Source: an uncultured Candidatus Saccharibacteria bacterium
Lineage (GTDB): Bacteria > Patescibacteriota > Minisyncoccia > Minisyncoccales > CAZJYT01
Direction of reading: 5' to 3'
Assembly (NCBI GenBank): GCA_964552375.1
Contig: CAZKFX010000002.1
Span: forward strand, 1-63,085
Length of the DNA stretch: 63,085 bases
Below, in pieces: positions 8,340-17,637 of this stretch; positions within the stretch are counted from its first letter, which is position 1, and the number at the start of each line of letters is the position of its first letter. The notes beneath the pieces are model-generated. The model saw only the letters and a program-made list of their open reading frames with translations. It was not told where the DNA came from and did no database searches. A program made the translations under genes and the position numbers.

Positions 8340-9243
8340 TTAAAAATTTAAATATTTTTTTGACAAAAATTAAATCTAAAGATTTCTCTTTTGCTAATTT
8401 TTGGACCATTTCCATCAATTTTTTTTCTCTTTCTTTATCTTCAATTTGTATTTGGGCTTTCTTTTTTAATTTTTTCAACTCTAAAACAATTTCTTTTCTT
8501 TTTGATAAAATTTCAATTAATCTAAAAGTTATTTTGTCTAATTTTTTTCTTAGCTTTAAAATTTCTTTCCAGGCTTTAAGTTGTTCAATAGTCAATTGAC
8601 CAGGACCTGTTTTATCTTTTAAAGCAAAATAAGAAAAGAAATTGTCTTCAATTGTTTCTAATCTTGACCTTTTCCCCAATTCTCCCATAGAAATTAAAAT
8701 TGATTTTTTTCTTTCTTTTTTTAACTGTTTTAAAAATTTTAAAATTATTTGATTTTCTCTCTTGGTTTTTGGCAAAAAAGCAAATTTTAAAATATCTGGT
8801 TTTAAAGCTTCCATTCTCTTTTTTATCTCTTTTAGCTTTTTTAAATTTACTTTATCTTTAAAATTATGATAACTCAAAATTATCTTCGTTTTTGAATTTC
8901 CTTTCAATTCCTTAGCATTCTTTTTTAATTTCTCTAAAAATTCCAATTCTATATCTAAAAAGTCAAAATTTAAAAGAATAGCTTTTTTTATCAAATTTTG
9001 CTTTTTTTCAAAAGGAATTTGAAAAACTCCACCTTCTTTTTTTTCTCTCAATGTTAAAATGAAAGGAATTTTCAATTTTTTTGAAATTTCTTTTAATTTT
9101 TCTAAATCTTTTTCACAAATTTGCAAAAAACTATCTCCTCTTATTTCAATTACTTTTGCTCCCTCTTTTTTAGCTAATTTTGTTTTGTCTATTATCTCTT
9201 TTAAATCTCCTTTAAAAAATAAAGGAACAACGATTTTTCCCAT
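8308..9243 (-). CDS. aroD: Bifunctional type I 3-dehydroquinate dehydratase / AroQ-class chorismate mutase fusion
   Basis: The N-terminal ~215 aa carry type I DHQase blocks: VIEIRGD, ILTLREKKEGG, LDIELE, IILSYHNF, ILKFAF (Schiff-base Lys position), ISMGELGKRSRL, GPGQLTIEQL. The C-terminal ~90 aa look like a chorismate mutase helix bundle: LRKKLDKITFRLIEILSKRKEIVLELKKLK ... REKKLMEMVQKLAKEKSLDLIFVKKIFKFLIENAKKIQ. Confidence 0.8.
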   Translation of the reverse strand: MGKIVVPLFFKGDLKEIIDKTKLAKKEGAKVIEIRGDSFLQICEKDLEKLKEISKKLKIPFILTLREKKEGGVFQIPFEKKQNLIKKAILLNFDFLDIELEFLEKLKKNAKELKGNSKTKIILSYHNFKDKVNLKKLKEIKKRMEALKPDILKFAFLPKTKRENQIILKFLKQLKKERKKSILISMGELGKRSRLETIEDNFFSYFALKDKTGPGQLTIEQLKAWKEILKLRKKLDKITFRLIEILSKRKEIVLELKKLKKKAQIQIEDKEREKKLMEMVQKLAKEKSLDLIFVKKIFKFLIENAKKIQKD

Positions 9244-9272
9244 ATTCTCTTTTTTAAAATGCTTCTTTTTTA

Positions 9273-9302
9273 ATTATAACTTAAAAAGCTAAAATTTAAC
9301 AA
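9273..9302 (-). promoter_or_regulatory. Candidate sigma-70-type promoter of the aro operon
   Basis: Minus strand reads TTGTTA (9302-9297), an 18-nt spacer, then TATAAT (9278-9273). This lies about 30 nt upstream of the aroD-CM ATG and directly after the upstream gene's stop. The AT-rich background raises the chance-match risk. Confidence 0.4.
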
Positions 9303-9314
9303 TAAAAATTATTC

Positions 9315-9977
9315 TCATTTCCCAGCTAAAAGAGCAGAGATAATTCCTACTAAAAATATTCCATCAAAAACCCCAGCTCCTCCAATTGATAAATATCCTC
9401 CATATTTTTGGATTTCTTTTAAATGTAAAATGTCGGCTCCAATTAAAGTTCCCAAGACTCCAGCTATAAAAGCAGTAGGAGCTGGATATTGAGGAGCAAA
9501 CAAAAGAGCAAAAACAGCAGAAAAGAACGGAGGCACAAAAACTGGCAGACAAATTCCTTTTTTTGGAATTACCCTTGCTAGACAAAAACACAAAAGAATC
9601 ATCAAAAGAGTAGCTAAAATTACTGGTTCTAAAGGAAATTTCATTTTCCAAAGGGAAAATAAAAAATAAAGAGAAAGTAAAATCGGAATTACTCCTCCCC
9701 CAAAATTAATCGCAATTCCCTCAATTTCAAAAAAAGGAATATTAAATAAATTAAAAAAATAAGATTTCTTTTTTAAAATTATTCTTTTTTTTGTAAGTGG
9801 TAAATTAAAAAAAGAACCAATTAACATTAAAAAAAGCAAAAAAAGAGTTAAAGCGGGAGAAAATCCTAAATTTTCAAACCCCAAAGTAATGATTTTAAAA
9901 TATAAAAAAACAAAAATCGCTGGTAAAGAAATAATAAAAAGAAAAATTAAAAATAAAATAGTTGGGAAATAAATCAT
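9315..9977 (-). CDS. Integral membrane protein, DUF1614-like
   Basis: Polytopic hydrophobic ORF. INFGGGVIPILLSLYF and SIGGAGVFDGIFLVGIISALL resemble DUF1614 blocks, from memory. I chose ATG 9977 (MIYFPTILF...) rather than 10049, which would overlap secA by 65 nt. Confidence 0.5.
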   Translation of the reverse strand: MIYFPTILFLIFLFIISLPAIFVFLYFKIITLGFENLGFSPALTLFLLFLMLIGSFFNLPLTKKRIILKKKSYFFNLFNIPFFEIEGIAINFGGGVIPILLSLYFLFSLWKMKFPLEPVILATLLMILLCFCLARVIPKKGICLPVFVPPFFSAVFALLFAPQYPAPTAFIAGVLGTLIGADILHLKEIQKYGGYLSIGGAGVFDGIFLVGIISALLAGK

Positions 9978-9984
9978 AAAATTT

Positions 9985-12423
9985 TCATCCGTATTTTGGC
10001 CAACAGCATTTTTTATATTTTTTTCCAGATCCACAAGGACAAGGATCATTTCTTCCTACTTTTATTTTTTCTGTTTTTTGAGAAAAATTTCTTGAAATTT
10101 CAACACTTGGTTGAAAATCAATTTGCTCAATTGGTGTTTCCAAAATTCCCCTCAAAATACCTTTTTCTAAATTTGAAAGCAATCTTTTAAAAATTTTATG
10201 ACCTTCTTGCTTATATTCTACTAAAGGATCCCTTTGTCCATATGCTCTCCATTTTACTGATTCCTTTAAAGCTTCCATTTCTTCTAAGTGGTTCATCCAT
10301 AAAAAATCTAAAGTTCTCAAAGCCAAAAACTTTGCTATTTGGTTGAAATTTTCTTTTGTAAATTTTTTACATTTTTCTTTTAAAAGTTTTTTTTCCTCTT
10401 TTGTTAAATTCCATTTCTCAATTTCTTTTTCCCAATCTTTTATTTCTAAAAACTCTCTTCTCTTTTTATAAATTATTTGTCTATGTTTGTTTAAAACATC
10501 ATCATATTCCAAAAGGTGCTTTCTCAAATCAAAATTCATTGCTTCCACTTTTGCTTGAGCTTGTTCTATCAATTTAGAAACCAAATCTGCCTCAATTGGC
10601 TCTGTTTCTGGAATTTTTAAGATTGACATTAAAGATTTAATTTTTTCTCCTCCAAAAATTCGTAACAAATCATCTTCTAAAGAAAGAAAAAATTGAGAAG
10701 AACCAGGATCACCTTGTCTTCCCGCTCTTCCTCTTAGTTGATCATCAATTCTTCTTGCTTCATGGCGTTCAGTACCAATTACATGAAGACCTCCCAATTT
10801 TCTTACTTTTTCAGCTTCAACAGGATCTGGGGGATTACCTCCTAAAATTATATCTACTCCTCTTCCTGCCATATTTGTAGCAATAGTCACTGCTCCTAAT
10901 TTTCCAGCCTGAGCTATAATTTCTCCTTCTTTTTCATGATTTTTGGCATTAAGAATCTGGTGAGTAATTCCTTCTCTTTCTAAAAGTTTTCCTAAATATT
11001 CATTATTTTCAATTGAGGTTGTTCCCACTAAAACAGGTTGTCCTTTTTGATGTCTTTTTTTAATTTCTTTGACCACTGCTTCAAATTTGCCTCTTTTTGT
11101 TTTATATACTCTATCAGGCAAATCTTTTCTAATCATTGGTTTGTTAGTAGGAATGACAATAACTTCTAAATTGTAAATTTTCTCAAATTCTTCAGCTGAA
11201 GTGTAAGCTGTTCCTGTCATTCCTGCTAATTTTTTATACATTCTAAAATAATTTTGGAAAGTAATAGAGGCTAAAGTAATAGATTCTGGTTGAATTTCAA
11301 CTCCTTCTTTTGCTTCAATAGCTTGATGAAGTCCGCCCGACCATCTTCTTCCAGGCATTAATCTTCCGGTAAATTCGTCCACAATAATTACTTTACCATC
11401 TTTGACTACATAATCCCTGTCTTTTTTAAATAAAGTGTGGGCTCTTAAAGATTGTTCCAAATAATGAAGATATTTCCATCCTTTTTGGGCATAAATATTT
11501 TCTATTCCTAAAATTTTTTCTACTTTCTCTATTCCATTTTCTGTCAAATTTACTGTTTTTAATTTTTCGTCTATTTCATAATCTTTTTCAGGATCAAGTT
11601 TAGGGATGATTTTTGAAAATTCTTTGTACCATTTTGAGCTTTCAACATCTGGAACAGAAATTATCAATGGTGTTCTTGCCTCATCAATAAGAATTGAATC
11701 TATTTCATCTATAATAGCATAATGAAAACCTCTTTGAACTCTATCTTTTAGATCATAAACCATATTATCTCTTAAATAATCAAAGCCAAATTCATGATTT
11801 GTGCCATAAGTAATATCTGCTAAATATGCTTTTTTTCTTTCGCAAGGTCTCAAAAAATCTTCTACTACTTTAAAAGAACCTAATTCATCTCTTATTTTAT
11901 CTTTTTCCCAAAGATCTTTTTTATAATCTGGATCATATAAAAAAGATTGTTCATGATTTAAGCATCCTACTTTCAATCCCAAAAGATGATAAATTTGGCC
12001 CATCCAGACAGTATCTCTTCTTGCTAAATAATCATTAACAGTTACCAAATGACAACCTTTTTCTTCTAAAGCATTTAAATAAAGAGGTAAAGTGGCAGTC
12101 AAGGTTTTTCCTTCTCCGGTTTTCATTTCAGCAATTTTTCCTTCATGTAAAACAATTCCTCCCATCAATTGAACATCAAAATGTCTTTGACCCAAAGTTC
12201 TTTTGGCAGCTTCTCTAACTAAGGCAAAGGCTTCTGGTAAAATATCATTTAGTGTCTCTCCTTTTTTCAATCTTCTTTTAAATTCTAAGGTTTTCTCTTT
12301 AAAATCTCTTTCAGAGAATTTTTCAAACTCTGGCTCCAAAGAGTTTATTTTATCTACAATTTTCTTTAGCTTTTTTAAATATTTATCATGAGGATTACCA
12401 AAGATTTTTTCTAAAAGACCCAT
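9985..12423 (-). CDS. secA: Preprotein translocase ATPase SecA
   Basis: Signature blocks: [14 protein letters not shown] (Walker A), [32 protein letters not shown], and the C-terminal zinc motif [13 protein letters not shown]. 812 aa. Confidence 0.97.
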   Translation of the reverse strand: MGLLEKIFGNPHDKYLKKLKKIVDKINSLEPEFEKFSERDFKEKTLEFKRRLKKGETLNDILPEAFALVREAAKRTLGQRHFDVQLMGGIVLHEGKIAEMKTGEGKTLTATLPLYLNALEEKGCHLVTVNDYLARRDTVWMGQIYHLLGLKVGCLNHEQSFLYDPDYKKDLWEKDKIRDELGSFKVVEDFLRPCERKKAYLADITYGTNHEFGFDYLRDNMVYDLKDRVQRGFHYAIIDEIDSILIDEARTPLIISVPDVESSKWYKEFSKIIPKLDPEKDYEIDEKLKTVNLTENGIEKVEKILGIENIYAQKGWKYLHYLEQSLRAHTLFKKDRDYVVKDGKVIIVDEFTGRLMPGRRWSGGLHQAIEAKEGVEIQPESITLASITFQNYFRMYKKLAGMTGTAYTSAEEFEKIYNLEVIVIPTNKPMIRKDLPDRVYKTKRGKFEAVVKEIKKRHQKGQPVLVGTTSIENNEYLGKLLEREGITHQILNAKNHEKEGEIIAQAGKLGAVTIATNMAGRGVDIILGGNPPDPVEAEKVRKLGGLHVIGTERHEARRIDDQLRGRAGRQGDPGSSQFFLSLEDDLLRIFGGEKIKSLMSILKIPETEPIEADLVSKLIEQAQAKVEAMNFDLRKHLLEYDDVLNKHRQIIYKKRREFLEIKDWEKEIEKWNLTKEEKKLLKEKCKKFTKENFNQIAKFLALRTLDFLWMNHLEEMEALKESVKWRAYGQRDPLVEYKQEGHKIFKRLLSNLEKGILRGILETPIEQIDFQPSVEISRNFSQKTEKIKVGRNDPCPCGSGKKYKKCCWPKYG

Positions 12424-12453
12424 AAAAAGTTAATTTTTTAAAAAGAGAAAAAA

Positions 12454-12723
12454 TTACTTTTTAGAAAGAGAGGCAAGCAATTTTGCCATTTTTGATTTTT
12501 TTCTTTTAGCTGTATTCTCTTTTATTACTTTTTCTTTTACTGCTTTGTCTAAAAATTTATAAAAAGTAGGTAACATCTCTTTAGCTTTTTCAATTTCTTT
12601 TTTCTCTATTAATTTTTTAATTTCTTTTGCCAATTTTTTTATCCTCTTTTTATGAAAAAGATTGTGGGCTCTTTTCCTTAAACTTTGTCTTAAAGCTTTT
12701 TTGGCTGATTTAGTTTTTGGCAT
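12454..12723 (-). CDS. rpsT: 30S ribosomal protein S20
   Basis: MPKTKSAKKALRQSLRKRAHNLFHKKRIK is a typical S20 N-terminus. I prefer the start at 12723 over 12741. It overlaps the uvrB 3' end by 14 nt. Confidence 0.85.
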   Translation of the reverse strand: MPKTKSAKKALRQSLRKRAHNLFHKKRIKKLAKEIKKLIEKKEIEKAKEMLPTFYKFLDKAVKEKVIKENTAKRKKSKMAKLLASLSKK

Positions 12724-14668
12724 ATGTTTTTTCTTTACCACTTTTTATTTTTTTAATCAAGTCTCTAATTTCGGCTGCTCTTTCAAAATCCAAATTCTTG
12801 GCTGCTTGTCTCATTTCTTTTTCTAAAAGTTTAATATCTCTCACCATACTAAATTCTGCTAAAACCTCTTTCTCGCTTGAAACAAAAGGCCAATCTCTTA
12901 TGGGTTTTACTATAGGTTTTGGAGAAATTTTGTGCTCTTTGTTGTATTTTTCTTGAATTTTCCTTCGCCTTTTTATTTCATCAATAGCTTTTTTCATTGA
13001 TTTTGTAATTTTATCAGCATATAAAATACAATGTCCTTCTGGATGTCTTGCTGCTCTTCCCATTATTTGAATTAAGGTAGTATCTGATCTCAAAAAACCT
13101 TCTTTATCAGCATCCAAAATTCCAATTAAAGCTACTTCTGGTAAATCTAAACCTTCTCTTAACAAATTAATTCCTACCAAAACATCGTATTTTCCTTCTC
13201 TTAATTCTTTTAAAATTTGAGGCCTTTTTAGAGTTTTTATTTCAGAATGGAGCCATTGGCAAGAAATTTTTTCTTGTTCTAAATAATCTGAAAGAGTTTC
13301 TGCCAATCTTTTTGTTAAAGTCAAAACCAAAGTTCTTTGTTTTTTTGCAATTCTTTTTTTAATTTCTTCAATCAAATCTTTGACTTGATTTTTTGTTGGC
13401 CTGATTTCAACTGAAGGTTCTAACAATCCGGTAGGTCTTATTAATTGTTCTACTATATATTTCCCTGCTTTTTTTCTTTCATATTCTTGAGGAGTAGCAG
13501 AGACATAAATTATTTGATTTATTTTTTGATTAAATTCCTCAAAAGTTAAAGGTCTATTATCAATAGCAGAAGGTAATCTAAATCCATATTCAATTAAAGT
13601 TTCTTTTCTTGATCTGTCTTGCTTTGCCATAGCCTGCAATTGAGGAATTGTCAAATGAGATTCATCCACAAACACCAAAAATTCTTTTTTAAAATAATCT
13701 AACAAAGTAAAAGGAGGGCTACCTGGTTCTCTAAATTCTAAATGTCTTGAATAATTTTCAATTCCGTGACAATAACCTGTTTGTTCTATCATTTCCAAAT
13801 CATATTTTGTTCTTTGTTCCAATCTTTGAGCTTCTAAAAATTTTTTCTGTTTTTTCAATTCTTTTACTCTTTCTTGCAATTCCAATCTAATATTCTCTAA
13901 AGCAATTTTTAGCTTTTCTTGAGGAGTTACCCAAAAATGAGCAGGATAAAGTCTAAAATTTGAAATTTGTTTTTTAAATTCCATTTTCAAATCAGCTTGA
14001 GCTATTGAAAGTTTGTCAATTTCATCTCCAAAAAATTCTACTCTTAAAATTTCTTTTCCTGTGACTAAAAAAATATCAATTATATTTCCTCTTGCTCTAA
14101 AACTTGAAGGTAAAAAATCATAATCTCGTCTTTGATAACCAAGAGAAACCAAATGGGAAATAAAATCTTTCCTTTTTATTTTCTTTCCTACTTTTAACTC
14201 TAAAGAAACCTTTTGATAATCTTCAGGAGAACCAATATTGTAAATACAAGAAACAGAAGCAACAACAATAACATCATCTCTTGTCAAAACATCCTGAACC
14301 GCACTATGTCTCAATCTATCAATTTCCTCGTTAATTTTGGCATCTTTTTCAATGTAGGTATCTGTTTGAGGGATATAAGCTTCTGGTTGATAATAATCAT
14401 AATAACTAACGAAAAAATTCACTCCAGCATCAGGAAAAAATTCTTTAAATTCTTGATATAATTGAGCAGCCAAAACCTTGTTTGGAGAAATAACCAAAAC
14501 AGGTTTTTGAATTTTTTCAATAACACTAGCCATAGTCATTGTCTTTCCAGAACCAGTCACTCCCAACAATACTTGATGTTTCACCCCAGCTTTTAAATTT
14601 TTAACTAATTTTTCAATTGCTTGGGGTTGATCTCCTGTGGGTTTAAAGGGACTTTTTAATTTAAACAT
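12710..14668 (-). CDS. uvrB: Excinuclease ABC subunit B
   Basis: Signature blocks: LLGVTGSGKTMTMA (Walker A), VFVDESH, and the C-terminal UVR motif LEKEMRQAAKNLDFERAAEIRD. 652 aa. Confidence 0.97.
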   Translation of the reverse strand: MFKLKSPFKPTGDQPQAIEKLVKNLKAGVKHQVLLGVTGSGKTMTMASVIEKIQKPVLVISPNKVLAAQLYQEFKEFFPDAGVNFFVSYYDYYQPEAYIPQTDTYIEKDAKINEEIDRLRHSAVQDVLTRDDVIVVASVSCIYNIGSPEDYQKVSLELKVGKKIKRKDFISHLVSLGYQRRDYDFLPSSFRARGNIIDIFLVTGKEILRVEFFGDEIDKLSIAQADLKMEFKKQISNFRLYPAHFWVTPQEKLKIALENIRLELQERVKELKKQKKFLEAQRLEQRTKYDLEMIEQTGYCHGIENYSRHLEFREPGSPPFTLLDYFKKEFLVFVDESHLTIPQLQAMAKQDRSRKETLIEYGFRLPSAIDNRPLTFEEFNQKINQIIYVSATPQEYERKKAGKYIVEQLIRPTGLLEPSVEIRPTKNQVKDLIEEIKKRIAKKQRTLVLTLTKRLAETLSDYLEQEKISCQWLHSEIKTLKRPQILKELREGKYDVLVGINLLREGLDLPEVALIGILDADKEGFLRSDTTLIQIMGRAARHPEGHCILYADKITKSMKKAIDEIKRRRKIQEKYNKEHKISPKPIVKPIRDWPFVSSEKEVLAEFSMVRDIKLLEKEMRQAAKNLDFERAAEIRDLIKKIKSGKEKTYAKN

Positions 14669-14680
14669 AATCTAATTTTA

Positions 14681-17185
14681 TTAATATCTTTTTATAATCT
14701 CAAATTTATCTGTAATTTCAATCTTTTCTCCTTTTTTTATTTTTCCTGCCAAAATTGCTTCTGCTAAAAGATTTCCTATTTTCTCTTGAATTACTCTTTC
14801 CATAGGTCTAGCTCCAAACTCTGGAGAAAACCCAAGTTCTACTATTTTCTCTTTTAGAGGTTGGGTAATTATCAAATCAATTCCCTTTTCTTTTAATTTT
14901 AATTGAATTTCCTTTAGCAAAATTTCTGAAATTTCTAACAAATTTTCTTTAGAAAGAGGTTTGAAAGCAACCACTGCATCAAAACGATTTAACAATTCTG
15001 GTCTAAAAATTCCATTTTTAATTAAATAATCTATTAATTCTTTTTGAAATTCCTTCCAAGGTTTATTTTTTCTAACCGCCTCAAAAATTAATTGATAACC
15101 TGCATTGGAAGTACAAATTAAAATTGTATTTTTAAAATTAACTTTTCTTCCTAAACCATCTGTCAAATGTCCTTCATCTAAAACCTGCAAAAACAAATTT
15201 AAAATATTGGGATGAGCTTTTTCAAACTCATCTAACAAAACTAAAGAAAAAGGTTTTTCTCTTACAGGTTGAGTAAGTAATCCTTCTTGTTCTCTTGAGC
15301 CTAAAAGTCGGGAAATATCATTTAAGGTCTGAAATTCAGACATATCTAATCTAATTATTCTTTTTTCAGAACCAAAATAAATTTTAGCTAAAACTTTAGC
15401 GGTTTGAGTTTTTCCAACCCCTGTAGGTCCCAAAAACAAAAAGCTTCCCATGGGTCCTTTTCTTACTTTCAATTCCGTTCTTGCCCTTCTTAAAGCAGAG
15501 CAAATTTCTTTAATAGCTTGCTCTTGATCAATTAATCTTTGATGAATTAATTTTTCCAAATTCAAAAGAATTTTTCTTTCTTTTGATTCAATCTCACCTA
15601 CTGGAATTTTGGTTCTTTCTTTAATTACATAATGGACATGTTTTGAAAGCAAAACCTTTTCTTGAGTTTGAGTCAAATAAATAATGGTTTCTTCTAACAA
15701 ATCAATTGCCTTTTCTGGAAAAGGAATAGCGGGAAGATATTTTTTTGAAAGCTTAATAATATCTCTTAATGCTAAATAAGAAATTAATTTTTTGTATTTT
15801 CTTTCTAAAAATAAAGCCAATCTCATTAACAAAATTAATGTCTCTTTTTCTGAAATTTCAGAAATCTCTACTTTTTCAAAAAGTTCTAACATTAAAGGAT
15901 TTAATTCAATATATCTATGTAATCCTTCAAAGGTGGTAATAGCAATAGTTTGAAATTCAGCTAAATGTAAATAAGAAGATAAAATTCCAGAAATATTCAC
16001 CATTCCAGGGCCTGTGCTTTGTCCTACATAGTTGTGAAATTTATCAATAACCAAAATTACATTTTTAGCTGAGATTACTTCTTTAAAAATTTTATCTAAA
16101 GTTAATTCTACAAGATGGGGATCTAAAATTTGAGCTTGCAATTTGGCAATATTTAATAAAACAAATCTCTTGTGATTTATTTGAGGTAAACTCTCACCCA
16201 AATCACTTTTTACTGCTAAAGCATAAACCAAACTTTTTCTTCCACTTCCTTTTTCTCCAACTATTAAAACATCATTTTTGCTTTCTTGACGAGCCAAAAT
16301 TCTCTCTGCTTCTTTCAATTCCTCTTCGTGTCCTAAAAAGTCTGGATATCCTTGTCTTCTTACTACCCTTGTCAAATCAATAGAAAATCTATCTAAAGTA
16401 ATTGTAAAACCTGCTGCCCAATCTCTGGCAATAGATCCCCATTTTACTAAATTTTTCCATTCCCAAAATTTTTTTTGTTCATTTGTTTTATTAACTAAAT
16501 ATTCATAAACAGAAATTAAATTTTCCAAATCTTCAATTTTAATCTCAATTTCAATCAAGAGCTTTTGAAAAATCAAATTATATTTTGCCAAAGCCAACAA
16601 TAAATCTTGGGGTTTTACTCTTTCATGTCCTTTTTTTTGAGCAATTTTCAAACTTTCAAAAATTACCTTTTCAAAATTTTCTTTTTCGTCTTTTAATTTC
16701 CTTAAATATTTTGCTAAAAATTTTTGCAATTGCTTTGAACTTAAATTTATTCTCAAAAAAATAAAATCTAACTCTGGACATTTCTCTAAAAGATGATAAA
16801 AAAGCGAAAAAGTATTCTTTTTTGATTTTAAAATAACTTTAGCTACCTCAAAACTTAAAAATTCTGCCAAATTATATTTTTTTGGATCTTTTAAGGCTTC
16901 TTTGAGAGTTATTTTTAATTTTGGATTTTTTAATTTTGTCTCAAAAAAAACTTTTTGATACCAACTAAATATAAAAAATGGCAAAAAAAAGAGACAAATT
17001 CCTAAAAATCGTTTTTGAAGAGAAAAAGAAAAGGTATTAATTTTATAACCTGCTAAAAATAAAATTAAAAAAATCAAAAACAAAATCCCAAACAGTTTTT
17101 GAAAAAAGGGGGCAAATTTGAAAGCTGGATCTTTTGACAACTTTATTGCTTTAAAGATTTTTGTTTTTTTTAAATCAAAATTCAT
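14681..17185 (-). CDS. Membrane-anchored Clp/Hsp100-family AAA+ ATPase (degenerate first module, intact second module)
   Basis: N-terminal hydrophobic helices (FGILFLIFLILFLAGY, FLGICLFFLPFFIFSWY) are followed by Clp_N-like repeats (LSFEVAKVILKS..., VIFESLKIAQKKGHERVKPQDLLLAL). Module 1 has VGEKGSGRKS and VIDKFH. Module 2 has LGPTGVGKTQTAK, LVLLDEFEKAHPNILNLFLQVLDEGHLTD and GARPMERVIQ. I saw no long ClpB M-domain and no IGF/VGF ClpP-docking loop. Confidence 0.8.
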   Translation of the reverse strand: MNFDLKKTKIFKAIKLSKDPAFKFAPFFQKLFGILFLIFLILFLAGYKINTFSFSLQKRFLGICLFFLPFFIFSWYQKVFFETKLKNPKLKITLKEALKDPKKYNLAEFLSFEVAKVILKSKKNTFSLFYHLLEKCPELDFIFLRINLSSKQLQKFLAKYLRKLKDEKENFEKVIFESLKIAQKKGHERVKPQDLLLALAKYNLIFQKLLIEIEIKIEDLENLISVYEYLVNKTNEQKKFWEWKNLVKWGSIARDWAAGFTITLDRFSIDLTRVVRRQGYPDFLGHEEELKEAERILARQESKNDVLIVGEKGSGRKSLVYALAVKSDLGESLPQINHKRFVLLNIAKLQAQILDPHLVELTLDKIFKEVISAKNVILVIDKFHNYVGQSTGPGMVNISGILSSYLHLAEFQTIAITTFEGLHRYIELNPLMLELFEKVEISEISEKETLILLMRLALFLERKYKKLISYLALRDIIKLSKKYLPAIPFPEKAIDLLEETIIYLTQTQEKVLLSKHVHYVIKERTKIPVGEIESKERKILLNLEKLIHQRLIDQEQAIKEICSALRRARTELKVRKGPMGSFLFLGPTGVGKTQTAKVLAKIYFGSEKRIIRLDMSEFQTLNDISRLLGSREQEGLLTQPVREKPFSLVLLDEFEKAHPNILNLFLQVLDEGHLTDGLGRKVNFKNTILICTSNAGYQLIFEAVRKNKPWKEFQKELIDYLIKNGIFRPELLNRFDAVVAFKPLSKENLLEISEILLKEIQLKLKEKGIDLIITQPLKEKIVELGFSPEFGARPMERVIQEKIGNLLAEAILAGKIKKGEKIEITDKFEIIKRY

Positions 17186-17595
17186 TGAATTTTAAAAATA
17201 AAATCTAAAAAAGTCTCTTTTCCTTGGATTAATTGAAAGCTCAAAATTAAACTTAAAATTAAAAGAAAAGGTAAAAACAACCAGCCCAAAAAAACTAAAA
17301 GCCCTAAAACAAATATTGAAATTTCAAAAATTATTCCTATTAAAATAACAATTGTTCTTAAAATAGCTCCTATAGTTCTTGTCACTAAATTTGAAAGGAA
17401 GACCAAAACAAATTGAGCAACATCAAAACTTTTAGGATATTCCCACCGATAACCATGCCACCAATAAAAAATAGTTTTTAAAAGTAAAGGAATGGAAAAA
17501 TAATAAAGTCCAAATTTTAAAAAATTTTTCCAAGCCTTCAAAATTTTTTGAGGAACTTCAAAAAAATGCCAAGATAAATATTGAAAGATTAACAT
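17182..17595 (-). CDS. Small polytopic membrane protein (hypothetical), translationally coupled to the Clp-like ATPase
   Basis: 137-aa ORF with several hydrophobic helices (YYFSIPLLLKTIFYWW, IVILIGIIFEISIFVLGLLVFLGWLFLPFLLILSLIL). Its stop overlaps the downstream ATG in an ATGA (17182-17185). Confidence 0.55.
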   Translation of the reverse strand: MLIFQYLSWHFFEVPQKILKAWKNFLKFGLYYFSIPLLLKTIFYWWHGYRWEYPKSFDVAQFVLVFLSNLVTRTIGAILRTIVILIGIIFEISIFVLGLLVFLGWLFLPFLLILSLILSFQLIQGKETFLDFIFKIQ

Positions 17596-17637
17596 TATTT
17601 TTTAAGATAACAAATAAAATTTTTGCTCTCAAGAAAA

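Noticed and set aside
9978-10049. Longer ORF-track start codons for several genes: 10049 (DUF1614-like), 33252 (mraZ), 12741 (rpsT), 48502 (tsaE), 2063, 3762, 45152 (dapB)
   Set aside because: In each case an internal ATG gives the canonical family N-terminus. It also removes a long overlap with the neighbouring gene or a clash with a promoter or operator element. The longer starts remain possible but less likely.
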